NCBI GenBank assembly: GCA_051530055.1
Contig: CM121341.1
Span: 18,578,784 to 18,642,783, forward strand
Length of the DNA stretch: 64,000 nt
Origin: Neoechinorhynchus agilis
Taxonomy: Eukaryota; Animalia; Acanthocephala
Direction: 5' to 3'
This document shows positions 35,401-47,699 of this stretch, in pieces (the stretch's first letter is position 1; every line of letters starts with the position of its first letter). Under the pieces are notes generated by a model. The model saw only the letters and a list, made by a program, of their open reading frames with translations, ran no database searches and was not told where the DNA came from. The translations under genes were made by a program, and so were the position numbers.

Positions 35401-36039
35401 ATGATATTGTTTTCAAGGATAGCTGTCGTTCTCCTTTTGCTCTTGAGCGTGTCAACAAGCTTCCAGTGGACTAATAACAGAATCCAATGGCTGCAAAATG
35501 GATTTCGAGAATTTCGACCTGTGGAGGAACAACAATACAATGCGGTTTTCTATCAGGGCGCCAAATCTCCAGTGAAAATTATCGGTAATCGCCCGAGGCC
35601 ACACCTCCATAGATTATTTGGGGATCCGTCTATTCAATTCGCCATTTTTGAAGCTCCTCATGTTGAGGGCGATGTAGAGCCGTTTCTAACGGAATTATCT
35701 TCAGATAGCAAGAATGTGGACGAGCAAGCTAAAGCGACTCACACAGAACATGACACACCTAAAAAAGAAATTATTGAAATACTTATTGAAGCTCTTAAGA
35801 ACATAAGAGACAATCACAACTGGACAGTTGCAACGGAAGTTTCCTCTGAAGGACAAGCCAGTATAGATGCGTTTACTTCACCCGAAGAGTACTACGAACC
35901 GAACGTAGAAGATTTGACAAGTCAGTGCGGATACGAGAATCGAATTCAAGTACTCAGCGATCTTCTTCGCCTAGAAGAACTTCGGTATCTCGCTTACCTT
36001 AAATCGCATGTTACAGATACCCAAAGGCAACATATATGA
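35401..36039 (+). CDS. Putative secreted protein, 212 aa, unknown family
   Basis: Intact ORF with signal-peptide-like N-terminus MILFSRIAVVLLLLLSVSTS; open in both duplicate copies. Confidence 0.6.
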   Translation: MILFSRIAVVLLLLLSVSTSFQWTNNRIQWLQNGFREFRPVEEQQYNAVFYQGAKSPVKIIGNRPRPHLHRLFGDPSIQFAIFEAPHVEGDVEPFLTELSSDSKNVDEQAKATHTEHDTPKKEIIEILIEALKNIRDNHNWTVATEVSSEGQASIDAFTSPEEYYEPNVEDLTSQCGYENRIQVLSDLLRLEELRYLAYLKSHVTDTQRQHI

Positions 36040-36699
36040 TACGCTGAAGGCAATACCCTACTTTAACACCTAAATGCCAATTTTAATTATCTTTAGTAAA
36101 AATCATTTTAATCTAGAGTTTTACAGGTCGCCAATGGATATTACATAAGGAGCTGTGCCCGAGCACGAAGCCTACCAGGTTGCTATCAAATATTGGTTTG
36201 AAATGTTGACTCAAATATTCGAGGTGTTCTAAAGTCCAAAGGATAATTTGATATTTGAACTATGTGGAGGAATTTTTATCGAAAATTCTTTGATAAAGTA
36301 ACAACAGGTAAAAATCGATATATTTCTGCGAGCAATACTAAAAATAGAACGGCAAAGCTAATATTTAAAGCTTCAAAAATACGGGCTTTTCTTATATCCT
36401 TACTAAATAATCTGTACTCGCTTTTGTTAACAATTTTCAGTCGGTGTAAGATTAAGTTATGAATTCTAAGCAATTTAATAGGAAAAACGAAAACAAGAAA
36501 TTCCTAACAAACGCCAAATTTTGCTATTAATAAGTATTGTAAAATATTATTGTTTGGAAGTGAGATGGAAGATGATAAAAATCACTTCACTTGTTTAACA
36601 AAAAAAGGTTCATGTTTGCTCCGAATTAAGATTATTCAAAATAGTTTTTTACACTATCCAATCAATTGCCATAAAACTAACACGCTGTAGCGGATCTGG

Positions 36700-39356
36700 T
36701 TCTTCACCACAATCAACCGATCTGTTTATGCCTGGGACTTCTCAGGTCACCACTGACTCAATTTCGAAACCTGATATCGTGCGGGTTCTGTCCAGGAATG
36801 CCCCGAAACGGATCCCAAAGGGCGCACGATATCAGGTCGCCAAAGCATTTACGGGTTTGCTCAACGATTGCCTCCAAAAGAACTGTGCGCCATCATGGAC
36901 ACGGCTCTTCGTATTCCCACGCTTAGTCCTTTGCACCAGCGATGATTCTTGGGTGTCTTTGACATCAACAATCAATGAAAGAGTGACCTCCTTCGAACAG
37001 ATATTTAACAATTTCGAATTGAAATTTCGCGAGGTTCGTAAGGAACGTCCGAAGGAAGGGTTTCGTTGCCGTTTTTCAAAGCGATCCCTGACTGAACGTG
37101 TTTCTTCGAAGGGGGCTGTTCGGTTATTGTTATCCTCCGACAGTTTTGCACAAGACGACAACGCTACACTACAAATACTCCGGCCAAAACACCCATGCAG
37201 TAGTGGCAGTTTTGAAATCCCACCTCCTCCCATACAAGACAGGACACCCATTCAAATTTCAGAATTTAAAAAGGCCATCTCATCTTTTGTAAATGGATCC
37301 GGCCATGGGCTCGGCGGGCTAAGGCCTCAGCACCTGGAGGACATGATGTCCTTTACAACTGGTGAAGCAGCTCCCTAGAAACTGCGCTTTCTTGGATAGT
37401 CGGCCGCCTGACTGGAGAGGACCTGAATCCCGTTGCAAAAGACCTATTTTTCGTAGCATCATTATGTGCCCTCACAAAAAAAGAAGGTGGGATTCGTCCC
37501 ATCGCCGTATCTTCGACGATACGCCGACTTGCAGGAAAAATTCCCTGTAAACGTATCACAGAGAAAACCGGGCAGCAACTTCGCCCAGTCCAACTGGGCT
37601 GCTGCACACCCTGCCGGAAGCTATTGTCCACGCGCTTCGAAACTTTACTACGAGGAGTTCAGAGCCGCGCGTGATTCTTAAGTGTGATTTTAAGAATGCC
37701 TTTAACTCTCTCAATAGAGAAATCATGTTTTGCGCTATTAGGGATCACGCACCAGAAGCCTTTCAGTATTTTCTCAATGTCTACGGGGCCACGATTGGCC
37801 ATCATTTGGTCCAAAAGAGAAGCGCAGCAAGGAGATCCTCTCGGTCCAATCGCATTCCCCTAAGTAAATCCAATCATTCCCATTCCAGCTTCAACGCTTG
37901 GTACTTGGATGACGCTACGCTCGGAGGTGATCCCTCCGTTGTACTGCGCGATTTGGAGACGCTGATTAGGAGATCTCGAGAATGGGCATTGAGCTCAATG
38001 CTGGAAAGTGTGAGCTCCTAATAGTAAATATCGAAGACGCCGCCAAAGTCAAGGAGCTAATGGATGGGTTCGAGGCCGTAGCTCCAGGTCTGAAACTCGT
38101 GACTCCAGAGCAACTCAGCCTCCTGGGTAGTTGCGTCTTTGATTCAAATGTGGAAGCTGAGATCGGCCGTGTCATGCCGAAACTTTCGTTGCTGTGCGAT
38201 AGGGTGAGCGCTCCCTCGGTTCATGAAGCGTTATTTCTGATAAAGAACGCACTCTTTATTCCCAAATTGTTATATAAGGTCCGCACAGCAACAATCTTAA
38301 AACATAAGGAAGGATTGGCTAAGCTCGACGACAAGATGAGGTCTTGTCTCGAGCGTATTTTACACGTCCAGCTCTCAGATGAGGCATGGCGACAAGCTTC
38401 ATTGCCTGTGTCATCTGGGAGATAGGGCATTCGGGCGCTAGTAGACCTTACCTTGCCAGCCTTTCTTGGATCGTCTGAGGGGAGTCAATCTATAGCGAAG
38501 AAAATTTTGAGGGAAAAGTTTTTTCTTGACCAGGACTTTGTGGTGACAGTTGAATGGTGCAAGCAGACAGGCGCTAACCATGTTCCCGTGAATGACCTCA
38601 GACAGTCGATCTGGGACAGCCCTCTCGTCGCTATAGCTCGCAGCTCCCTACTTTCAGGTTCTCGCGAATCGGGCGTGGTTGGAGGCTGTTCCTCTGGCAT
38701 CTGTGGGAAGTCTTCTCACTTGTGAGGTAACGAGGATCGCGGTGTCCTTAAGGTTTGGTCTCCCAATATGCACCCCGATCGCTGTCGATGTGGGTCTTTG
38801 GTTGAGGCTTTAGGCCGACACGGTCTCCTTTGCCGAAAGTCAGGAGGAAGGTGTCATTCTGAGATGAATAGCGTAATTTCTCAGGCGTTGACAACGACGA
38901 ACCTCACCAACATCTTGGAACCCGAACATCTTTGTCGACTAGACGGTCGTCGGGCTAGCCGAATTTAGGTCTTTCCGTATCGGGAGGGCAAATGCTTTCT
39001 CTGGGACGCCACGTGTGTGGACACCCTCGCAGTAAGCAACATTTCCTACTCTCTCAAAATCGCTGGAGGTGCAGCCAGTGTAGCGGAAGGGAGGACGGTA
39101 AGAAAATACAGGGATTTAGGAAGGGCCCGCTATTTTATCCCTTTCGGAGTAGACGTTTGGAGCGCTTGGCAGCTCTGCAATCACTCTGCTCCAGGATCTC
39201 TCGGAGAAATTGAAAGAAACGACCGGCGACACACGAGCAGGTGTATTCCCGCGACAAAATATCTCGCTCGCAGTACAATGAGGCAGTGCTGCTAGCGTCA
39301 TAGCGACAGCCGAGGAAGGAGAGAAGCTAAGATTTAGCGGACGGTGGTGATTGCAC
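36700..39356 (+). mobile_element. Near-full-length decayed CRE-clade element
   Basis: KRIPKGARYQVA, SGHGLGGLRPQHL, LKCDFKNAFNS, WYLDDATLGG, EPEHLCRLDGRR, WDATCVDTLA, 3' UTR. Confidence 0.88.
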
Positions 39357-39393
39357 GTTTTGTGCTTTATTATTGTAAAAGGGCATATTTCGT

Positions 39394-40330
39394 AAGAGCA
39401 AATCAAAGTAATGCTGGAGGCCTAACAAAGAACTGTCAGAAGAGGGTGTTCTTGATCCGGAACAGAGCCCCGTGTGAAGATAATTCATCAACTCGTTCGC
39501 ACAGCACCGAAAGTTGCGGTTGAAGATTATCAATCTTGCTTCAACATTAGAACAAAAAATGCAGCTTCCTAGAAGACTCAACCGGTCTGGAGTGATCAAT
39601 TCTATCCCAATGACCAGTTTCTAAAAATCTTTAACGATAGTTTGCCTGGACGAATCATCTTCTACGTTCATCACTAAAATCTCGAATTTCACAGCATCCA
39701 ATTCAATGCCAATTTTCGCTGTCTCATGCGGTCGAAAGGCATTGAGTAAAATTCTCGTCAAAAGAACTTATTCGCCCTTTTATTTTTGTGGTCAGAGATC
39801 CCTCAGAAACATCAACAGCGGAAAACAATAGTTTAGGGAACGCAAAGAGACGCATCCACGACAACTCTGAGCTAATCTCGATGCTGTCCGTCAATAGAGA
39901 GGTGAATCTCTTTGCGGCCTGATATTGCGCGCCCCTTGGGATTCTTTTCAGAACGTTCCTGGGTAGAACTCGCACAATATTCACTACAAATGGAATTTCA
40001 TTTTGTACTGGTGCACACCATCAATGGACTTAGGAGGTGAACTGGAACCATCCGCTTCGTGAATTACGGGATCCATGGCTCCTAAGAACTCCTGTTTTCG
40101 TCAGGGAGAAAATCCCATCACAAACCTCGAGGATGCTGTTGAGAAGCTCGGCCGTGTGGTACCCTTGGCTGATGAAGTTAGAAGTTGAGCAATGATGATG
40201 TTCTCCTCCCTTGACTTATTTTAGGCGGACAAGCTTCCCTCTTCATATTATGGTCTAGCATCAAGGTTCCGAGCGAAACGTGGAAACGGCATCGGTGTCG
40301 CCGGTAGTGCTGGCAGCCAGATATTCAATC
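39394..40330 (-). mobile_element. Internally deleted CRE-like remnant (duplicated at 54230-55168, + strand)
   Basis: Zinc-finger remnant, VLKRIPRGAQYQAAKRF, ITPDRLSLLGSCIF. Confidence 0.75.
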
Positions 40331-40448
40331 ATGAAAACAATCTAATATAGTCAACAAGAATTAAAGACCGAAAAATATTTCAGAAGACTAACTTCCGTCA
40401 AAAACAACCGACCTGATAAATAATCTTTAGAAAATAACGCTAAACCGT

Positions 40449-41045
40449 TCAAATAAAATCATTGTCTATACCGTACTCTTGTTTCAGACTGTTCATCCTT
40501 TCGAATACCTCATTTCTCACGCGAATTGGCTGTTTGAACGGTCGTGCATTGCCACCGAATCTCAGCTGTCCCGATTCCTTTCGACCACCCAAACCACCAC
40601 CAAACCTTCTTGGTCGCCATCCCGGTAGTCTGCCTCGACTAAACGCTTTCTCGGCAACCCAAACACGGTCCCCTAATACCTGCCGCCGAAATGTTGGATT
40701 CCTGCAAAACCTGTCGACATCCTTGAAACTTCTGAGCTTCACAAAAGCATATCTCCTGCTATGTCCGGTTACGAAGTCTCTTATTAAATCAATGGATTCC
40801 ACCCGCATGTGCCGGGAAAATACTTCCATCAAACATTTTTCAGTGTCGTTTAAATCCAATCTTCCAATAAATAATACTGGACCGAAGGCCCTTTCGTCAA
40901 CTGGAGGATGTGGTTTATGATTGTAAGCACGAGTTATGGCTTGATCATGAGGAATAAGTCCTGTGCTGTCAATAGTGCCAGCCATGAGTGGATCGTAGAA
41001 TCCAAACTGAGTGCAGCGGCTAGGCCAAAAACGGGACGAGATCAT
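40449..41045 (-). CDS. SNRNP35: U11/U12 snRNP 35-kDa protein
   Basis: YDPLMAGTID...PHD.AI.RA, RRM (LFIGRL...RDFVTGHSRRYAFV), GWRPRRFGGGLGGRKESGQLRFGG..RPFKQPI. Confidence 0.95.
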   Translation of the reverse strand: MISSRFWPSRCTQFGFYDPLMAGTIDSTGLIPHDQAITRAYNHKPHPPVDERAFGPVLFIGRLDLNDTEKCLMEVFSRHMRVESIDLIRDFVTGHSRRYAFVKLRSFKDVDRFCRNPTFRRQVLGDRVWVAEKAFSRGRLPGWRPRRFGGGLGGRKESGQLRFGGNARPFKQPIRVRNEVFERMNSLKQEYGIDNDFI

Positions 41046-41429
41046 CTTTTGAACTCACCTTGTACACTACCAATAAAAGAACAAGTTCTTAGACCAATAA
41101 GTACTAACCTTACAAAGTATTCCGCTGATTCAGGTATCTGGAACAATCTCAGCTTGGTTGTGACGTAAAAACTGATATCTTCCGGGTACATCTCTAATAC
41201 GTTATAAAAGTTTCACTGACCGACATGGAATATGAATTTTTAAATTTGCTGGGAATTTGAATATCTGAGTATTTTTTATCAGAGGAACGCTGACTCTGAT
41301 CCGCATTCACAATATTTGATTAATAATAAGTTTATTTGATCTTTGGGTCCTCATAAACAACAATGCAGTTATTGATTTTGGAGCCGATTACGGGTTCGGT
41401 AGAGTGGTAGGGTTGAGAGGGGTTTTGAT

Positions 41430-42620
41430 TGTTTAGGCATTTGGCGAGCTGAGGAAAATCAACTGCGCAAATCGATCGGACGACAAGCGCCCGGATGGCG
41501 TGACTATGGATCCGAGGAATATGCCTCCTATGGGACGCGCCTTGTACGGACACACCGGCAAAGTCAAACGCCAAAAGGAAAGGTTCGGGATCCGTGGTGG
41601 CAGCAGCGGAACAGACAGTCTAAGTGGGGATCACTTCGATATCTAAATTCTACTCAAAAAAGTATTTTTGGAGGGAGAGCAAATATTAACAGAAATATAT
41701 AAAATGACAAAAGGTTGAACTAACAATGTTATAACATTTGTCCTAAAGTATTCTTCGTTTATATCCGTATATCTGAGATATACAATCCTTTATGGACTCG
41801 TCGAGAATAATGGGTTTACAAGTCAATAGTGTTGGCTCTAAAATTAGTACAGTCATATTATTTGAATAAGAATATTTTGCTGTGTTACTGCAATTTTTGC
41901 AAAATATTATTTTGCTGAGATTGAGGCAGGTTGCAAACAATCAGTTTGGAACTCACTTCAGATTCTCGTGACCTGGTGAACCGAACTCGATTGGCGGCAG
42001 TCTGAACAAGAGAATCGGAATCTTGGCTCAACGCTATTCCAATCGCTTCTGTGGGCACCCTTCTCTCTGCCGAGACAGTAAGGATTGCAGTGACACTAAG
42101 ACTTGGGATACCGCTGTACACATCCCATCGCTGCCGTTGCGGAGCGACCGTGGAACCGTCGGGACGCCATGGGATCGTGTATCGGCAATCAGGCGGAAGG
42201 TACTCATAACACGCCGAAATGAACGCAATTCTAAGTCGTACCCTGAATACTGCTAATGCGTGTCGTAGACCGGACGGTGTCACAGAATTCCCGTGACAAG
42301 AAACGTTCGTGGACACGCTCTCCACCGTTAAACCAGGGAGCAGAGACCGCCGTTGAGGACCCAAAAAAGACAAAATACCGGGACCTGGATCGAAATCATT
42401 ATTTCGTTCCCTTTGGCGCCGAGACACTCGGGTCGTTTGGTACCGCGGCGCGGGACTTAGTCAACAATTGTCCAAGAGATTCAAACGAATCACTGGCGAT
42501 CCGAGGGCATGAGCATTCCTCCTACAAAACATCGGCATGGCCGTGCAACTGGAGAACGCTGCATCCGTCCTTTCGACGGTTACGCTAGGGCGGCAGCTGT
42601 GTGATTCAGAGCAGTGGTGT
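41430..42620 (+). mobile_element. CRE-like RLE fragments (41430-41620 and 41940-42620)
   Basis: RSDDKRPDGVT, LLWDA; GSWLNAIP..RLG.....HRCRCG; KY.DL..NHYFVPFGAETLG; 3' UTR. Confidence 0.75.
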
Positions 42621-42702
42621 TAATAATCTAACGTGTTATATAAGTAAAGAAAACATTTCCCCCATTAAGTTCTTAACATGTTTGCAAAAAGTATCGTTTT
42701 GA

Positions 42703-43941
42703 TCAATCATTAACGTTTTGGTACATGTCGTCCAATGGAAATATTCCGACTGTATCATTTTCATAGCTCTTGCTTTTTTTCATTTTTTGAATGTTTTGAT
42801 TTGCCATGAGCGGAATATGCTTTGCTCTCTTAGACAGATAATCCTCTTTTTTCGTATGCCGCAGAAACCAACATGCCGGACAAAAATATTCTAGACAAGC
42901 CCTACAAAGTACATTAAGATTAACGCTTTTGGGCAATTCATTTTTATGGTTTCCGTAATGGTTGCCGCATAAAGAGCACACATTGTACAGAACGAGTGGA
43001 TCGATTCTAAGTTTCGTATTGAATAATGGACGTCGTATAAAAATGAATTGAGTGTTTATAGCAAGTCGATAGCTTTCTTTAGTCTGAAATGCGACCACTC
43101 CATCACCGGTAGGATACTTATGTTGGTCAACTCTGATTTCTGCCTCAATTACCTCTCCAAAGATATCAGACATTGTTTGTGCCAAAAAAGTAGCCGAAAT
43201 TCTTTCACTAAGCCAGCTTAGCGACACTGTCCGTCTCTCTCGCTCATCTAATGTAAGTGTATTACCATTTGAAGCACTTTGTAAAGCATAGTGGGCGTCA
43301 TTGCAAATCCAAGGTACCACTTCAAGAACGATTTGGCATTCATTAAGTTTATATTCGAACAAATACCTGCCGACTTTATCTATAAAGCATAACCGCAGGA
43401 GGCGTCGCACTTCGGATTGGTTAGGAAAAATTCCAAATATGCCAATATTCTTTGCGTGTGAAGGAGATGACCATTCGATTGAGACATTCATTGGGGGATC
43501 AAGTGAACTGAAAATCTTGTGGATTTGGTGAATGTTTATTATTGAGCCAAACATGCGTAATAGAACTTTGGTTGATATTTCCGATTCCGTATTAATGACC
43601 GATGGAATTTCGTCGATTTTCCACACAAGTTCTTCTTCGACGTTCACATCCGTACCAAGTTGATATCGATTGAAAAGTTCGTTGATCACATACTTCTGGG
43701 CGCCATGCAAAACGTCCGGATCGTCAGATTTCTGTTTACTGACGATTCGAATCGATTCTATTATAGTAGAAAGTACCTCGTTCTCAACATTATTTGTATC
43801 ATTTGGTGGCGAAGTGCCGAAGCCAGGAGGAGGTGGCACACATACTTCATCGATATGATTGGTTATTTTTATAGATGATATGCAGTCTGGCAACCAATCT
43901 TTGAGCTCATCTACCGCCGTTTTCCCATGATCACCCATCAT
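42703..43941 (-). CDS. CPEB: Divergent CPEB-family RNA-binding protein (2 RRM + ZZ), intronless
   Basis: LEVVPW, RTV..., FGEV..A.I.VD.HKYPTGDG.V.F....SY..AI, C..C...CRACLEYFCPACW...H....H.PL. Confidence 0.85.
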   Translation of the reverse strand: MMGDHGKTAVDELKDWLPDCISSIKITNHIDEVCVPPPPGFGTSPPNDTNNVENEVLSTIIESIRIVSKQKSDDPDVLHGAQKYVINELFNRYQLGTDVNVEEELVWKIDEIPSVINTESEISTKVLLRMFGSIINIHQIHKIFSSLDPPMNVSIEWSSPSHAKNIGIFGIFPNQSEVRRLLRLCFIDKVGRYLFEYKLNECQIVLEVVPWICNDAHYALQSASNGNTLTLDERERRTVSLSWLSERISATFLAQTMSDIFGEVIEAEIRVDQHKYPTGDGVVAFQTKESYRLAINTQFIFIRRPLFNTKLRIDPLVLYNVCSLCGNHYGNHKNELPKSVNLNVLCRACLEYFCPACWFLRHTKKEDYLSKRAKHIPLMANQNIQKMKKSKSYENDTVGIFPLDDMYQNVND

Positions 43942-44565
43942 TTAGCGCACTCGAATGAAACTCGATCACAGGGAAATTCCGGCAGCCCCCAGAACTTTGC
44001 TATACGTGTTTTCGCACCAATGAGGATATCACGTTCTTCACCGATGTTGTAGATAATAGCGGTCCATTTATTCGTTCGTAAAACCAACCTTTTTGATTTT
44101 TCTATTGATAGATCATTCACACGTCTCGCCTTTAGACACCGTTTTAAACATCAGCAATTCGATTAGCTAAACGCAGTTCGAAAGGCGTGTAGTTTTTACC
44201 GCCTGACATATCAACATTCAACATGACTAGTTTTTAACTCACAAATTGAGCTATCTGGAAAAACAAGCGTGCTAAAATCTTCGTTCGCCAAATTTAGGCT
44301 CAGTAGGCTTCTACTGTCATCGGATTCATCGTAAATGGCGCATTTTCAGTTTTATTAGTCTTGATTACTTCTAGCTACGAATAGGTAAATATTTGCTTTG
44401 GTTACTATTTTGAACCAAGGCTCAAATTCCGACAAAAGAGGTGGAAACAATGCCACCGTGAAAACCAAGCATTTAACATGTTTTCTAGATAGTATTTTCG
44501 CATAATATTTCCGTCGAATCTTAAGCAACTGAACAAAATCAATTTATTTTTTAAGATTACGTCGA

Positions 44566-46582
44566 TTACTCCTCGACTTTTTGAATCCTAGCGGCCAACT
44601 TGACCTGCCTTTGTTTTTTCTTCCTCCGCCTTTTCTTTTCCATATTGGGCTTTCTTTTCACTTGATCTGTTTTCTTTTCATCAGCTTCCTTCCTCCTTGA
44701 AACCATTGTTACAGTCTTTTTTCTTTCCTTCTTTTTCGCATGAACAGCCTTCTTATATATCCGCTTTAACTTTTTTGGCATCATCGCCTCTCTTAGTTTC
44801 CGCTCTTCGGCGCCCATTTCCGCCAAGCCGTTTGCGCCACCGACCGACTTCCTATTCGATTCTACAAGCCTTTCGATTTCCTTATCTTCGATTCCAAGAA
44901 GTCGCAATTTGTCCGGTGAGACATATTCACCGGGTCTTTCATTAACAAATGGTGAAAAATGAGGTGGCAGTTTAAAGCCCGGTCGGTATTGCTCCGCTGG
45001 AACTAAGCGTCTAAAATTAATGCAATCAAACACCCACTGAGGTTGAACGTAATGGCGATTAATCACACGACTTTCAAACTCTATCGGTCTATCGATGAGT
45101 TGATGAGTTACAGATGGATCGTCTTCTGCAAACGTCTCCCCACAATGATGTCCACTCGGCCACGACACTTCACCTCCGCAGCTTCTAACAGCAAACGCAA
45201 ACACCTCCAGTGGCACTTCAACGTTCACGAATATCTTAAGACCTTCAAAAAGACCTGACAATGTCCTAAGAGCACTCGGACTGTTTAGTTTCTCATAAAA
45301 CAGTCTCTGAAGTTCGGGTAAATTGTCCAGATCTGCACTGGGAATAGCATCGTCGAAATCTCCAACATAGTCATCACCTGCGTTTTTGCGTTGAATATCC
45401 ATGTTAAACGAAGAAAGCATTTCTTCGAAAAATTCCTGCTGATTTATCATTCGTTCCATATTTGTGTCAGCATGGAATGAAAAAGATGGAGGGTACACGA
45501 GGCGAGCATCATTATAGAGTTTGAAATTAACAAACCCTAGCATCTGAACATAAAATTCGAGAAAGGTGCCCATTATTTTCAAATCGACTTTAAATGGCTG
45601 GGAGTATCCCACTTGGTGTGGCATTATCCATGTGACGTTCCTGCCTTGAATGCTGGCTTGAAGATAGAATCCTTTGAAGGAAATAAAGCATTTGCGAAGA
45701 GAACGAGTTGCCATCACATAGTTCATGAACTCAACCGTGAGTCGGCGACATGCGGCAACAAACTCCGAGTCCAAAATCTCATCCATCGGGTATGTCGCAT
45801 ACAGAATCACCAAGCAAAGACAATCGTCTAGGTCATTTAATGCGTCACTGAACTTTGGGTATCTGAAGTAATATTAGTCGGGAAAGGAGAAATTGTGCAG
45901 TTAACGCGACCGACCTTTCCAATATAATATGGTCGAGAGTCAATTGTGGCTTGCCGGCTCGTTCGATGCGCTCAAACTGAAATCGGTCATGCTTATGCTT
46001 GTATTTGTTTAATTTCCTCGAGTAAATCTGTTTAAATGTAGATTTGAATCAATTTTTCGAAATAAGGTAGAGGTGCTTTAATCAGATTATGACACGAAAT
46101 CTGACATTTTGCAAGAGTCGAAATACGGGAAAATGAAGTAGTCCATGGGTGCGAAATTACACTAATCCAAAGAAAATCTCAAAGATAAGGTTATACTGGG
46201 GACGTTTGAATACTAGAATCTTAAAATAGAAAATAATGCATAAGAGGTGTGCGACCGATTACATCGCCAATGGAAAGCACAAACCTTTAATTGCCGAAAT
46301 GTATTGATCACCGGTTCATGAAGTAGATATCGAATATCGTGCCGATGAAAAAACGTCCGCTGCTTTGGGGCGCCTTTTGATGCCTTTTTAAGACTACGTG
46401 GCTCAACGGGATAAACGCCTTTAAGAATGCATAACCTGCGAAAATCAGCTAATGAGAGCTGAAGTTTACGCAATGCTTTGTTGCGGGTCACATACACCTT
46501 TGCCGTGCCCGATGAATACTATAGGAAATTTGTCGTGATAGAACAAAATCACAAAGACTACCTTCTTTTTCATTTTACCCAT
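44566..46582 (-). CDS. PES1: Pescadillo homolog; exons 46582-46562, 46518-46285, 46027-45915, 45862-44566
   Basis: [65 protein letters not shown]; three GT-AG introns (43, 257, 52 nt). Confidence 0.97.
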
Positions 46583-46789
46583 TTTGAATTTATTGGAATG
46601 ATGAGATAAACTCGTAAATATACACGAAGAATCGACGGAAAAGAGCCGTCTACATGATACGGAAGAAGAAAACTACTACTCGTGCAAATGTATCCGGCTT
46701 TGAATAGATCTTACGCTTGAAATGACGCTCAATGTTCCAGTGAGATTCAGCATTTTGAAGGGTAGACTGGATGCAAAACTTCTACACTT

Positions 46790-46880
46790 GTATTTTCCTC
46801 TGCTGACAATGACTGAAGAGGCGAGGATACCTCGCGAAATATTTCGAATAAATAAAATATGTGATGACCGGGATTGTGTA
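46790..46880 (+). mobile_element. PLE pLTR fragment with hammerhead core, upstream of PES1
   Basis: CTGAAGA-G-GCGAGG-ATA-CCTCGC-GAAATATTTC at 46813-46846. Confidence 0.75.
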
Positions 46881-47129
46881 ATAAACAATTATCGTCTGAT
46901 GGCAAATTAATTGAAACGTATAGATTTGAACATAAAGCATCCTTTTAATCTTTAAATTCTTTTTATTTTATAGAGATTAATAATATAGATAGATTTTTCC
47001 AAAACGTTCCCGAGTACGATGTCTTATTTTGTTCGAATTTTCGCCGCTTCACGGCTTCTTCGAGGACTCTCCCTCGCTCTGAAAAGGTCAGAAAAGTGAT
47101 AAACTGTCTGACAATTCATCCTTCCGATT

Positions 47130-47464
47130 GAGTGACCCATCAGTAGGTGCCCCCGACCCTGCTACTCCTCCACGACCAATAAGCAGAGCCTCGGCAATGG
47201 AATGGTCTACAGGATCAGGTGCCCTGTAGAGAACCCCCACCCCAAGGCTGGGCTAACATTATTGTGGTGGTTAGCAAAATGGGTGGCCAACGGTGCTGAC
47301 ACGTACGACGGTGCGTGCGGGTTACGTGCATTACAGAAATGCTCAGTTACCCGCTGGTGTAGCCTCCGCTCCGTCTTTCCAATGTAGCTGCAGGATTTCC
47401 CCTGGTCCTTGCAATTGCCGCATGTGATCCGGTATACCACATTGCTCATCATACAGGCTCCCAT
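47130..47464 (-). mobile_element. Penelope-like GIY-YIG remnant (different family)
   Basis: VVYRITCGNC...SYIGKTERRLHQRVTEH. Confidence 0.8.
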
Positions 47465-47519
47465 CGGACTTCATCGTCCATCTTCATTGTCCAATTGACA
47501 TTGAGTGCATATAATGCAC

Positions 47520-47699
47520 TTTTTTGGACAATTCTCCTGATCCTCGTATCATTTTGTCGTTCCTCGAACGCTTGCTGGGTTGCCTCCTTGGATCGCGAGT
47601 CTGATCCTCTTAATGAGGAAGCTATGTTCTCTGCGATCTCCTTTGGCGGCAGTTAAGAGGCGGCCAAGTTCTTTGCAGAATTTGCGGGCTGCCGATTGT
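47520..47699 (-). mobile_element. CRE-like 3' end fused to PLE sequence
   Basis: ELGRLLTAAKGDRREHSFLIKRIRLAIQGGNPASVRGT. Confidence 0.75.

Larger units (their letters stand above)
34149..41407 (+). repeat. Left arm of large inverted segmental duplication (includes a ~2.7-kb CRE insertion absent from the right arm)
   Basis: 34149-36644 is the reverse complement of 55321-57831; 39394-41407 is the reverse complement of 53180-55168. Confidence 0.95.

Noticed and set aside
40462-40920. Antisense or alternate-frame ORFs over SNRNP35, the PLE, PES1 and CR1/L2 copies
   Set aside because: Shadow ORFs of real coding or compositionally biased sequence.
47040-47150. Possible hammerhead downstream of the GIY-YIG remnant
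   Set aside because: Core nucleotides are degenerate and no consistent stems are present.
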